Origin: a virus
Taxonomy: Duplodnaviria; Caudoviricetes
Length of the DNA stretch: 34,858 nucleotides
Strand: one strand, 5' to 3'
Virus record (IMG/VR): IMGVR_UViG_3300027693_000013
Coordinates: 1 to 34,858 of that record
The notes under the pieces are model-generated. The model had not been told where the DNA came from and did no database searches. It saw only the letters and a program-made list of their open reading frames with translations. The position numbers were made by a program, and so were the translations under genes. Below, in pieces: positions 7,948-17,003 of this stretch (its first letter is position 1; each line of letters starts with the position of its first letter).

Positions 7948-9447
7948 ATGGCGTTGACAAAAGTTTCCTATTCAATGATTGACGGTGCTCCTGTCAATGT
8001 TGAAGACTTCGGCGCAGATGGAACACAAGCAGGTGACAGCTCGGCCATCAAAGCTGCAATTACTGCTGCTGCCGGTGGGCCGATCATTTTTCAACCACGG
8101 CGCTATTTTTGGGATAGCACCACAATTTCTGCGGCGTCCGTCAAGTTCTGGGGTAGCGGGATGCCTTCTGTCAATGCGGCACGAACTGCACTTGAAGGAA
8201 CAGCGACGATAATTCAAGGCAACTTGACGTTCACAGGCACAAGCGTTGAACTTCGGGACTTAGGCGCAGACCGAGGTTCGGCTGCATTTGGCACGGGTAG
8301 TGATGCCATTAAGCTATCACCTACCACTTACAACACCGGGCGGCTTGCCGTTCTGCAAAACGTTGCTGCCATCGGACGGAGCGCCACCGACGCTTTTCAT
8401 AGTATTCTGATTGAGGGTTATGAGCAAGCGTCGCTCATCAATTGCGTAGCGGCGGTGAATATGTTTTGCGGCGCGATTAAATCCCGGAATGTGTCAGTTA
8501 GCGGATTTCGCGCTATTAACGGGCAGAACTTGCTTATCTTAAAATCCGACACCGCAGGAACTGGTGCAGGTTCATTGGCAAATGTTAACGTCACAAATGT
8601 AAATGGTGAGGGTATTGCGTCTACCGCTTACGGCATCCGCGTACTAGCAGACAATGTCGGCATCAGTAACCTAAACATATCGGACGTAAACATCACGGAT
8701 ACAGATGAGCTTGTATCAATTGAAGCCGCAACCGGCGTAGCAATTTACAATGTCAACGTCAGCAACATCAACGGCCACAATGTCCGTACCTTTGGCTTAA
8801 AAACAGGCGGCGCAGGTAATTTTTACAATATATCCTATTCCAATATTAACATGACTGATCTTGGATCCCGTGCGGCGCAATTCCAAGGCGGCGGCTACTA
8901 CACAGTTAACGATTGCTATTGCTCGATGAAAGCAGGCTCCACCACGCAAGCGGCTGACTTCTTCCGCGTTGAAAGCGGTGTTGGTGGCTTTAAAACAGAT
9001 GGTATGACGCTTGTCGAAAATTTTGGCGCAGGCGCAACTATTCCAACGCTTTTGCTCAACCTTGGCCGATCCATAACAACGCTTTCCAATATTAAAGGGA
9101 AAGTTGGTGGAACATTGCCTCTTTACGGGTTTTCAATCCAAGACGCTACTGGCGCGACTACAACCCTTAATCCCCTTGTTGATCTTGACATCATGAAAAG
9201 TTTCATGAAGTTGTCAGCCAGCGCAAACTGCACAATTGTCAATATTACTTCAACGCTTCCGTCTGGAACGGCATTGCCTGAAGGTTATATCGTATCTTTT
9301 TTGGCAACATCTGGTTTTAACTTTGTGTTTCAACACAACAGTAATGTACGCACACGAAGTGAAACAGACGTAACACTGACACTTAACGACATTTTGACTT
9401 TTATTTGGGGCGGGACATCTTGGCACCAAATGGACAATACTTCGTAA
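7948..9447 (+). CDS. Tailspike-like beta-helix protein (pectate-lyase fold, putative depolymerase)
   Basis: VNVEDFGADG..DSSAIKAAI helix-cap motif followed by many N/V/I rungs (NVNVTNVNG, NLNISDVNI, NVNVSNING). Confidence 0.78.
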   Translation: MALTKVSYSMIDGAPVNVEDFGADGTQAGDSSAIKAAITAAAGGPIIFQPRRYFWDSTTISAASVKFWGSGMPSVNAARTALEGTATIIQGNLTFTGTSVELRDLGADRGSAAFGTGSDAIKLSPTTYNTGRLAVLQNVAAIGRSATDAFHSILIEGYEQASLINCVAAVNMFCGAIKSRNVSVSGFRAINGQNLLILKSDTAGTGAGSLANVNVTNVNGEGIASTAYGIRVLADNVGISNLNISDVNITDTDELVSIEAATGVAIYNVNVSNINGHNVRTFGLKTGGAGNFYNISYSNINMTDLGSRAAQFQGGGYYTVNDCYCSMKAGSTTQAADFFRVESGVGGFKTDGMTLVENFGAGATIPTLLLNLGRSITTLSNIKGKVGGTLPLYGFSIQDATGATTTLNPLVDLDIMKSFMKLSASANCTIVNITSTLPSGTALPEGYIVSFLATSGFNFVFQHNSNVRTRSETDVTLTLNDILTFIWGGTSWHQMDNTS

Positions 9448-9502
9448 TTTTTAACTTGTGTTAGTTTAAATAACTAAAGAAATTTTGCAAAACTCAACAA
9501 CC

Positions 9503-9531
9503 TTGACAGGCGTTTCCTTAGTGCATAATCT
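9503..9531 (+). promoter_or_regulatory. Sigma70-like promoter for scaffold/capsid genes
   Basis: TTGACA-17 bp-TAATCT in an AT-rich intergenic gap. Confidence 0.55.
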
Positions 9532-9577
9532 AACAACTGTACCGGCCCAGTAGACCGGGGAATCTTAGGATTCACAA

Positions 9578-10357
9578 ATGACAGAAGAAGTGCAAGTCTC
9601 AGCGGAAGTGCCCGCGCCAGAACTGGAAGCTACGGCAGCCCCAGAAACTGAAGTTATTCAGCCGGAAGAAAAGCCATCGGAAGCGAGCAAGACCTTCACA
9701 CAAGAAGAACTTGACGCAGCCATTGGTAAACGCCTTGCTCGTGAGCAACGCAAGTGGGAACGTGAACAAGCGCAGCGTGTGGCTCAGGCCCAGGCTCCGC
9801 GTATGCCGGTGGAGATTCCGCCTGCGGATCAGTTCGAGTCGGTTGAAGCGTATGCTGATGCATTGGCAACGCGCAAAGCCGAGGAGCTGCTTCGTAGCCG
9901 TGAAAGCCAGCGGCAACAGCAAGAGGTGCTCAGTGCCTATCATGATCGTGAGGAAGATGCTCGCGGGAAATATGAGGACTTTGAACAAGTCGCATACAAC
10001 CCAAAGCTGCCAATCACTAACGTGATGGCTGAAGCGATTCAGTCTTCAGACATTGGCCCTGATGTAGCTTACTTCTTGGGATCTAACCCCAAGGAAGCTG
10101 AACGTATCTCCCGTTTGTCGCCTTACGCGCAGGCAAAAGAAATTGGTAGGCTTGAGGCCAAATTGGCTGATAGTCCACCTGTAAAGAAAACTTCAAGCGC
10201 GCCAACGCCAATTACTCCTGTGACTGCTCGGACAACCGGCAGTCCTGCTTACGATACAACTGACCCGCGTTCTACTAAAACTATGACGACGAGCCAGTGG
10301 ATTGAGGCAGATAGACAGAGGCAATTGCGCAAGTTGGAAGCACAGAAAAACCGCTAA
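9578..10357 (+). CDS. Capsid scaffolding protein
   Basis: Directly before coat gene; acidic N-terminus, KTFTQEELDAAIGKRLARE, coiled coil, GPDVAYFLGSNP. Confidence 0.8.
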   Translation: MTEEVQVSAEVPAPELEATAAPETEVIQPEEKPSEASKTFTQEELDAAIGKRLAREQRKWEREQAQRVAQAQAPRMPVEIPPADQFESVEAYADALATRKAEELLRSRESQRQQQEVLSAYHDREEDARGKYEDFEQVAYNPKLPITNVMAEAIQSSDIGPDVAYFLGSNPKEAERISRLSPYAQAKEIGRLEAKLADSPPVKKTSSAPTPITPVTARTTGSPAYDTTDPRSTKTMTTSQWIEADRQRQLRKLEAQKNR

Positions 10358-10381
10358 TCACTTCTTAAAGGAAAATTCGTC

Positions 10382-11593
10382 ATGGCGAATAGTATTCTTA
10401 CCATTGATATGATTACTCGCAAGGCTCTTGAGATCCTTGAGAATAATCTGGTTCTGACCCGTAACGTCAACCGTCAGTACGACGACAGCTTTGCTGTTGA
10501 AGGTGCCAAGATCGGTTCCACCCTGCGTATCCGCCTGCCTGACCGCGCTCTGGTGACGGACGGTGCCGCCCTGCAAGTTCAGGACGACAACGAGCAACAC
10601 ACCACTCTGTCTGTTGCTTCGCAAAAGCACATTGGCGTGAACTTCACCTCTGCCGAATTGACCATGCAGTTGGACGATTTCGCAGAACGTGTTCTGAAGC
10701 CTCGTATCAGCCAACTGGCTTCTTCAATTGATGCTGACGTCGCCAATGCTTACAAGACCATTGGTAACTCTGTTGGCACTCCTGGCACGACCCCTGGCAC
10801 CTCGTTGGTTCTGCTGCAAGCCCAGCAAAAGCTGAACGAAAACGCTGCCGTGATGGGCTCCCGTTATGCCACCGTCAACCCTGCCGCTAATGCTGGTTTG
10901 GTTGAAGGCATGAAGGGTTTGTTCAACCCCACCGACACCATCAGCAAGCAGTTTAAGAATGGCATGATGGGCACTGGCGTTCTGGGCTTTGATGAGATCA
11001 ACATGTCTCAATCAATCAAGGTTCACACCACCGGCTCGCGTGACGCTTCTGCCTCCACCTTGGTGAAGACCCCTGGCGTGACGACTGAAGGCGCTAGCAC
11101 CATTCTGCTGGAGCAAGGTTCTGTCACCACGACCATTAAGGCTGGCGATGTGTTCACCATTGCTGATAGCTTTGCGGTGAATCCTCAGACCCGTGAGACG
11201 ACTGGCTCGTTGTTCCAGTTCGTTGCCTTGGCTGACGCAACCGCTGTTGCTGGCACTTGGACTGTGACCGTTGCTCCGATGTATTCTTCGGGTCACGCTC
11301 TGGCCACCATGACCGCTCTGCCAGTTACCGGCAAGGCTGTTACGTTCTTGGGCGCTGCTTCTAGCCAGTACGCTCAGAACTTGGTCTACCACAAGGATGC
11401 AATCACCTTTGCAACCGCTGACCTGTTGCTGCCCCAAGGTGTGGACATGGCTTCCCGCGCTGTTCACAACGGTATTTCGCTGCGTATCGTTCGTCAGTAC
11501 GATATCAACAACGACCGTATGCCTTGCCGTATTGACGTTTTGTATGGCTACAGCACGATCCGCCCCCAAATGGCTGCTCGTATCTGGGGCTAA
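10382..11593 (+). CDS. Major capsid protein, P22 coat (gp5) family
   Basis: 403 aa; VNRQYDDSF..GAKIGSTLRIRLP and C-terminal RIDVLYG; strongly biased codon usage; AAGGA Shine-Dalgarno. Confidence 0.92.
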   Translation: MANSILTIDMITRKALEILENNLVLTRNVNRQYDDSFAVEGAKIGSTLRIRLPDRALVTDGAALQVQDDNEQHTTLSVASQKHIGVNFTSAELTMQLDDFAERVLKPRISQLASSIDADVANAYKTIGNSVGTPGTTPGTSLVLLQAQQKLNENAAVMGSRYATVNPAANAGLVEGMKGLFNPTDTISKQFKNGMMGTGVLGFDEINMSQSIKVHTTGSRDASASTLVKTPGVTTEGASTILLEQGSVTTTIKAGDVFTIADSFAVNPQTRETTGSLFQFVALADATAVAGTWTVTVAPMYSSGHALATMTALPVTGKAVTFLGAASSQYAQNLVYHKDAITFATADLLLPQGVDMASRAVHNGISLRIVRQYDINNDRMPCRIDVLYGYSTIRPQMAARIWG

Positions 11594-11600
11594 ATTGATT

Positions 11601-11620
11601 AAGGGGCTTCGGCCCCTTTC
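11601..11620 (+). terminator. Intrinsic terminator-like hairpin after the coat gene
   Basis: AAGGGGC-TTCG-GCCCCTT then TC; short U tract, so probably leaky. Confidence 0.7.
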
Positions 11621-11643
11621 TGTAACTTTTTAAGGAAATTATC

Positions 11644-11952
11644 ATGGCACTCCCAAAAGTTGGTGATGGCTACCAAGCCGGTGACGGTAACGTCAATGAA
11701 GTTCTGAATGTTGGTGCAGCAAACCAAGCAGTTGCTCTGGGTTCTGGCACTGGTGGCGTTACCATTGGTAGCGCTGCGGCCTCCAAAGTTGGCGTTTACG
11801 GCAAGACCCCCGTTGTGCAACGTGCCTACAGCTCTGCTGTTCACGCCACTTCGGCCGTTGCAACTTCTTCTTCTTTCGGCGCAACTCAACTGGCTGCTCT
11901 GCAAGAGATCCAGCTGACGCTGATCGGTCTGGGTGTTTGGGCTACCGCCTAA
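11644..11952 (+). CDS. Small putative capsid decoration protein A
   Basis: Follows coat gene, coat-like codon bias, AAGGA Shine-Dalgarno; C-terminal half paralogous to 12671-12913. Confidence 0.7.
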   Translation: MALPKVGDGYQAGDGNVNEVLNVGAANQAVALGSGTGGVTIGSAAASKVGVYGKTPVVQRAYSSAVHATSAVATSSSFGATQLAALQEIQLTLIGLGVWATA

Positions 11953-11959
11953 TAACCTG

Positions 11960-11978
11960 AGGGGCTTCGGCCCCTTTT
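11960..11978 (+). terminator. Intrinsic terminator, same stem as 11601
   Basis: AGGGGC-TTCG-GCCCCT-TTT. Confidence 0.75.
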
Positions 11979-11986
11979 AAGGGAAC

Positions 11987-12667
11987 ATGAAAGTTATCTT
12001 CTGCATTCCAACGCTAAAGAAGCCCTATCAAGTCACGCTTGATAGCCTTGCTGCTTCCATTCCTCTTATCAAAGAGGCGGGATGGGATGAGGGCATGGTG
12101 TCGGAGATTGGTTGTCCGTACATTTCCCATGCACGAGCAACCATGCTGCGTAAGGCTTTGGATGCCAAGGCGGATGTCATTGTTTTCATTGACCATGATG
12201 TGTCATGGAAGCCTCAAGATCTTTTGACATTGATTGAGACCAAAGGCGATGTTGTCTGCGGAACCTATCGGTTTAAGAAGGATGATGAGGAATACATGGG
12301 GGCTGTGCTATCAAATCCAGATGGCACACCGATGGTCAGGGAGGATGGCAACCTGTTTGCGCATTCAGCACCCGCTGGATTTCTGAAGATCACTAAGGAA
12401 GCGGTTCATAGGTTCATGACCGCTTACCCTGATTTGGTCTATGGGGAGAAGTATTCCCCTTATGTAGACCTGTTCAATCATGGCGCCCATAAAGGAACGT
12501 GGTACGGTGAGGACTACGCTTTTTGCCGTAACTGGCGTGAATGCGGGGGAGAGATCGTGCTTGTTCCAGACCTGGATATTTCACACCACACCACCGAGCA
12601 AGAATACAAAGGAAACTTTCACAATTTCCTACGTAGACAGCCCGGCGGTGACCTATGTAAGGACTAA
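11987..12667 (+). CDS. Glycosyltransferase, GT-A fold (GT2-like)
   Basis: KVIFCIPT first strand, ISHAR, VFIDHD (DxD), PAGFLKI, GEDYAFCRNWR..GG.I...PD..ISH. Confidence 0.85.
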   Translation: MKVIFCIPTLKKPYQVTLDSLAASIPLIKEAGWDEGMVSEIGCPYISHARATMLRKALDAKADVIVFIDHDVSWKPQDLLTLIETKGDVVCGTYRFKKDDEEYMGAVLSNPDGTPMVREDGNLFAHSAPAGFLKITKEAVHRFMTAYPDLVYGEKYSPYVDLFNHGAHKGTWYGEDYAFCRNWRECGGEIVLVPDLDISHHTTEQEYKGNFHNFLRRQPGGDLCKD

Positions 12668-12670
12668 GAA

Positions 12671-12913
12671 ATGCCTAATACCAAAGCTGTTGGCGTTGCT
12701 TACGAAGACCCACAACTGGACGCTGCTATTCTTAGCAAGTCTGGCGGTACTGTGGGCTTCTACGGCACGACGCCTTCTTCCCAACGTGCTTCTTCTGTGC
12801 AAGCCACGTCTAACCTTGCAACTTCTGCATCGTTTGGCGCGACTCAACTGGCGGCTGTTCAAGAGATCATGAACACGCTGTCTGCACTTGGACTGTGGAA
12901 GGGCTCGGCTTAA
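12671..12913 (+). CDS. Small putative capsid decoration protein B (paralog of 11644-11952)
   Basis: Shares VG.YG.TP..QRA..S.V.ATS..ATS.SFGATQLAA.QEI..TL..LG.W with protein A. Confidence 0.72.
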   Translation: MPNTKAVGVAYEDPQLDAAILSKSGGTVGFYGTTPSSQRASSVQATSNLATSASFGATQLAAVQEIMNTLSALGLWKGSA

Positions 12914-12987
12914 TCCGAGTCTGTATGCAGAACGCAATCAGGGGCCATTCCTGGAATGGTCTCCTGTTTGCACTTAGTAGGAATGAA

Positions 12988-13185
12988 ATGATCATCTATC
13001 TAAAGCATCATCAGCACGGCACCAAGATCGCCACGATGGAACTTGAGGCCCAACTTGATGAATCAAATGGATGGGTGCGCTATACTCACGACACGCCTTC
13101 TTTGTCTGAAGATGCGGCTCCCGTGAACGAACTGGAAGTTAAGCGTCGGGGACGACCACCCAAGACACAAACGCAAGGAGCGTAA
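12988..13185 (+). CDS. Small protein with C-terminal AT-hook
   Basis: Probable start MIIYLKHHQHGTK after AGGA Shine-Dalgarno; KRRGRPPK motif. Confidence 0.7.
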   Translation: MIIYLKHHQHGTKIATMELEAQLDESNGWVRYTHDTPSLSEDAAPVNELEVKRRGRPPKTQTQGA

Positions 13186-13188
13186 GCA

Positions 13189-13899
13189 ATGGCGACAGCC
13201 GGTGACACTATCAATTCGGCACTCCGGCTGATTGGTCTACTCGCTGAAGGCGAGACACCCTCGGCCGAGACATCTCAGGATGCACTTTCGGCCATGAATC
13301 AAATGATTGATTCGTGGAACACCGAGCGGCTGATGATTTATAGCACTCAAGATCAAGTTTTCACTTGGCCTGCGAGTGTGTTGCAACGAACCCTTGGCCC
13401 CACTGGTGACTTTGCCGGCAATCGTCCTGTTCTGCTGGATGATTCAACTTACTTCCGAGATCCTTCAACCAATGTGTCGTTTGGCATCAAGCTGATCAAC
13501 CAACAGCAGTACAACGGTATTGCTGTCAAAACGGTGACTTCTACTTATCCACAGGTTATGTGGGTAAACATGGAGTTCCCCAACATCCAGATGAGCATCT
13601 ATCCAAGGCCTACGCGGGACTTGGAGTGGCACTTTGTCTCTGTGAGCGAACTGACTCAGCCGGCAACGTTGGCGACAAATCTGTATTTGCCACCTGGATA
13701 CTTGCGCGCGTTCAAGTACAACTTGGCCTGTGAGATTGCTCCTGAATTTGGTGTTGAGCCTCCGCCAACGGTTAGCCGTATTGCGATGACTTCTAAGCGC
13801 AATCTAAAGCGCATCAACAATCCTGATGACGTTATGAGTATGCCTTATTCGCTGGTTGCGACGAGGCAGAGGTTCAATGTGTACGCTGGCAATTACTAA
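13189..13899 (+). CDS. Head-to-tail adaptor (P22 gp4-like)
   Basis: TAGDTINSALRLIGLLAEGETP..ALSAMNQMIDSW; YNLACEIAPEFG; lies before the gp10-like gene. Confidence 0.75.
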   Translation: MATAGDTINSALRLIGLLAEGETPSAETSQDALSAMNQMIDSWNTERLMIYSTQDQVFTWPASVLQRTLGPTGDFAGNRPVLLDDSTYFRDPSTNVSFGIKLINQQQYNGIAVKTVTSTYPQVMWVNMEFPNIQMSIYPRPTRDLEWHFVSVSELTQPATLATNLYLPPGYLRAFKYNLACEIAPEFGVEPPPTVSRIAMTSKRNLKRINNPDDVMSMPYSLVATRQRFNVYAGNY

Positions 13900-13902
13900 G
13901 CA

Positions 13903-15333
13903 ATGAAAACGCCCATCCTCGGCCAGTCATACGTTGTCAGGTCTCTGAACGAGGCGGCCAATCGGCTTGTCAACATGTTCCCTGAGATCGTGCCTGACGG
14001 TGGCAAGGAACCTGCGTTCTTCATGCGAGCCCCCGGACTGCGCAGGCTGGCGACGATTGGCAATGGCCCAATCCGTGGACTGTGGGCATATGGCGGTTAT
14101 GGTTACGTTGTCAGTGGACAAAATGTGTATAAGTTGTCCACAAACTGGACCTACACGGCTATTGGCACGGTGACTGGAACCGGGCCTGTCAGCATGTCGG
14201 ACAACGGCACACAGCTGTTCATTGCCTGCAACGGTCCCAGCTACATTTATAACGCTTCTACAAGCGTGTTTCAGCAGATCACGGACGGGGACTTCCCGGG
14301 GGCCTCTGTCGTTGGCTATCTGGATGGGTACTTTGTATTCATCGAGCCAAACAGCCAGCGCGTGTGGGTGACGAGCCTGCTTGACGGTACGGCAGTGGAT
14401 CCGTTGGACTTTGCCAGTGCTGAAGGCTCTCCTGACGGCTTGGTGTCAATGATTGTTGACCATCGAGAGGTCTGGCTGTTTGGAACCAACTCTGTTGAAG
14501 TCTGGTACGACGCCGGTTTGGCTGACTTCCCTCTACAACGTGTGCAAGGTGCGTTCAACGAGATAGGCTGTGCGGCAATCTACTCTGTTGCCAAGTTGGA
14601 CAATGCCATCTTTTGGCTTGGTTCAGATGCTCGCGGTAATGGCATTGTCTATCGGGCAAATGGTTACACAGGTCAACGTGTCTCAACCCATGCCATTGAA
14701 TTTGCCATCCAGAGCTATGGCGACATTTCTGATGCAGTTGCTTACACGTATCAGCAAGACGGCCATCCTTTCTATGTCCTGACCTTTCCATCGGCGAATG
14801 CGACTTGGGTTTATGACGTTGCGACCCAGGCATGGCATGAGAGGGCGGCGTTCGTTAATGGTTCGTTTATTCGTCATCGAAGCAACTGCCAGATGAACTT
14901 CAATAGCGAAGTCATTGTTGGCGACTTTGAGGACGGTCGGATTTACGCTTTTGATCTTGATGTGTATTCGGACGACGGAGCCATCCAAAAGTGGCTTCGC
15001 TCATGGCGAGCACTGCCGACGGGTCAGAATAATCTGAAGCGTACTGCGCAGCACAGCCTTCAGTTGGATTGCGAGTCAGGGGTTGGGTTGAATCTTGGCC
15101 AAGGCAGTGACCCTGAGATCATGATGCGCTGGTCTGACGACGGCGGGCATACGTGGTCCAACGAACATTGGTCAAAGATGGGCAAGATTGGCGAGTACTA
15201 TCGCCGGGTGTTTTGGCGTCGTTTGGGCATGACCCAAAAGTTGCGGGATCGGGTGTATGAGGTGTCTGGCACTGACCCTGTGAAGATTGCCATCACTGGC
15301 GCTGAACTAATCCTTAGCCCGACGGGCGCGTAA
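13903..15333 (+). CDS. Tail hub / packaged-DNA stabilisation protein (P22 gp10-like)
   Basis: 476 aa beta-rich; FASAEGSPD, WLFGTNSVEVW, WSDDGGHTW, WRRLG. Confidence 0.88.
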   Translation: MKTPILGQSYVVRSLNEAANRLVNMFPEIVPDGGKEPAFFMRAPGLRRLATIGNGPIRGLWAYGGYGYVVSGQNVYKLSTNWTYTAIGTVTGTGPVSMSDNGTQLFIACNGPSYIYNASTSVFQQITDGDFPGASVVGYLDGYFVFIEPNSQRVWVTSLLDGTAVDPLDFASAEGSPDGLVSMIVDHREVWLFGTNSVEVWYDAGLADFPLQRVQGAFNEIGCAAIYSVAKLDNAIFWLGSDARGNGIVYRANGYTGQRVSTHAIEFAIQSYGDISDAVAYTYQQDGHPFYVLTFPSANATWVYDVATQAWHERAAFVNGSFIRHRSNCQMNFNSEVIVGDFEDGRIYAFDLDVYSDDGAIQKWLRSWRALPTGQNNLKRTAQHSLQLDCESGVGLNLGQGSDPEIMMRWSDDGGHTWSNEHWSKMGKIGEYYRRVFWRRLGMTQKLRDRVYEVSGTDPVKIAITGAELILSPTGA

Positions 15334-16655
15334 TGGCAAACGTCAACCTTACAAACATCACGCCACCTCGGGTGCCTTTGTTGGATCCAAGGTCTGGGAT
15401 GATTTCGCGTGAATGGTATCGGTTCTTCCTCAACCTGTTTGAGTTGACAGGCGGCGGGCAAAACACGACTTCGTTGAAAGATGTGCAGCTCGGCCCACCG
15501 ATTCCGGCTCAAGAGGACATTGGCGAGATCGTTATTGACATTGACTCGCTTGAGAAGCGGCCAAGTCAAGAAAGCGCGCTTGAACAGATTGCCGAGTTGC
15601 AGAAGCAAATTGAGGCGTTGGCGGTTCAAGTGAAGCCCGAGTTGGGCACACTGAGTCAGCTTCAACAAGACAATGTGCCGTGGTTACAATTTGACACCAC
15701 GCCGGCTGGGTTTCCTACTGGCCCGCTTGCCAACGGCACGGTGTACTGGGATGACGCTGACGCCATCAAGACGCTCAACATTGTTATGGAGGATAGCGGC
15801 GAGGTCATCCAACACGTTGGTGAGGAAACCTACTACCGGGTCAAGGCCAGCGCCACTATCACCGAAGGGCAAGTCGTCATGTTCACGGGCACCGTGGGTG
15901 CCTCTGGTGGGCTGCGTGGCGCACCGGCCACTGGGTTGACCTCAACGCAGAGCGAATACATTATGGGTGTTGCCACCCAGAACATTGCCAACAATGGATG
16001 GGGTTACGTCACATGGTTTGGTGAGGTCAAGGGTGTCAACACCACTGGCGGCGCAGAGGCTTGGGTTGACGGGCAGATTCTGTACTACAACCCTGCTGTT
16101 GCAGGTGGTTTGACCAAAAACGTCCCCACGGCCCCCAACCCCAAAGTTATTGTGGCATCGGTGGTTAATGCGGCCAGCAACGGTATCTTGTTTGTCCGAC
16201 CCACATTCGGATCGGCTTTGGGAGCAACCGACTCCAACGTTGAGATCACCGGACTTGCAAATGGTGATCTTCTTCAGTACGACTCAGTGCAGGCCCGCTG
16301 GGAGAACGTGCCCGCTTCATCCGTTATTGCTGGCACGACCACGGCCCCTGTGACCAAGACGGCGGACTTTAGCGTTGCCACTGGTGAGACATGGCTTATC
16401 AACAACAAGTCGGGCTCGTCCTGTACTGTGACCTTGCCGACAGCCAGCTCCAACACGGGGCGAGTTCTGAATTTTCAGAACTACCAAGCCCAGACCCTTG
16501 TGTCAGCTTCGAGCAATGTGGTGCCACTGGCCGGTGGGTCTGCGGGCACAGCAATTCTGCAAGCCGTTGCCGGAGCTAACGCGACTTTGGTATCTGACGG
16601 TACAAGTTGGATAATGACGAAATACGATTCCAACAACTCGTTGGAATTGGAATAA
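15333..16655 (+). CDS. Tail needle/fibre protein at the gp26 position, multidomain
   Basis: ITPPRVP..SREWYRFF N-terminus, heptad stretch LEQIAELQKQIEALA, then several beta-rich fibre-type modules. Confidence 0.65.
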   Translation: MANVNLTNITPPRVPLLDPRSGMISREWYRFFLNLFELTGGGQNTTSLKDVQLGPPIPAQEDIGEIVIDIDSLEKRPSQESALEQIAELQKQIEALAVQVKPELGTLSQLQQDNVPWLQFDTTPAGFPTGPLANGTVYWDDADAIKTLNIVMEDSGEVIQHVGEETYYRVKASATITEGQVVMFTGTVGASGGLRGAPATGLTSTQSEYIMGVATQNIANNGWGYVTWFGEVKGVNTTGGAEAWVDGQILYYNPAVAGGLTKNVPTAPNPKVIVASVVNAASNGILFVRPTFGSALGATDSNVEITGLANGDLLQYDSVQARWENVPASSVIAGTTTAPVTKTADFSVATGETWLINNKSGSSCTVTLPTASSNTGRVLNFQNYQAQTLVSASSNVVPLAGGSAGTAILQAVAGANATLVSDGTSWIMTKYDSNNSLELE

Positions 16656-16667
16656 GGAGAATTTAGA

Positions 16668-17003
16668 ATGACAGTTACCGTCAGAAACATTGTTCCTGCC
16701 AAGACGGCAGAGAACACACAGACCACCCAGTACACCGCAACTGGCGTAACGACCATTATCGACAAGTTCACCGCGACCAACTACAGTGCGACGGCAGCGA
16801 CGATCAGTGTTAACTTGGTTACGTCCTCCGGCTCCGCGGGCAACAACAATCTGATTACGAAGACTAAAACTCTTCAACCTGCCGAAACTTATACTTTCCC
16901 TGAGCTCGTGGGACAAGTGCTGAATGTTGGAGACTTCATTTCAACAATCGCAGGCACAGCAACGGCCATCAACATCCGTGCAAGCGGGCGTGAGGTTACA
17001 TGA
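16668..17003 (+). CDS. Thr-rich virion protein
   Basis: 111 aa beta-rich; AGGAG Shine-Dalgarno; within the tail region. Confidence 0.65.
   Translation: MTVTVRNIVPAKTAENTQTTQYTATGVTTIIDKFTATNYSATAATISVNLVTSSGSAGNNNLITKTKTLQPAETYTFPELVGQVLNVGDFISTIAGTATAINIRASGREVT

Noticed and set aside
7298-9447. Diversity-generating retroelement or invertible tail-fibre switch
   Set aside because: No reverse transcriptase, invertase or template/variable repeat pair seen
11987-12667. DNA glucosyltransferase or gtr serotype-conversion gene
   Set aside because: No hydroxymethylase or base-modification genes, no GtrA/GtrC partners and no TM segments. Not fully excluded.
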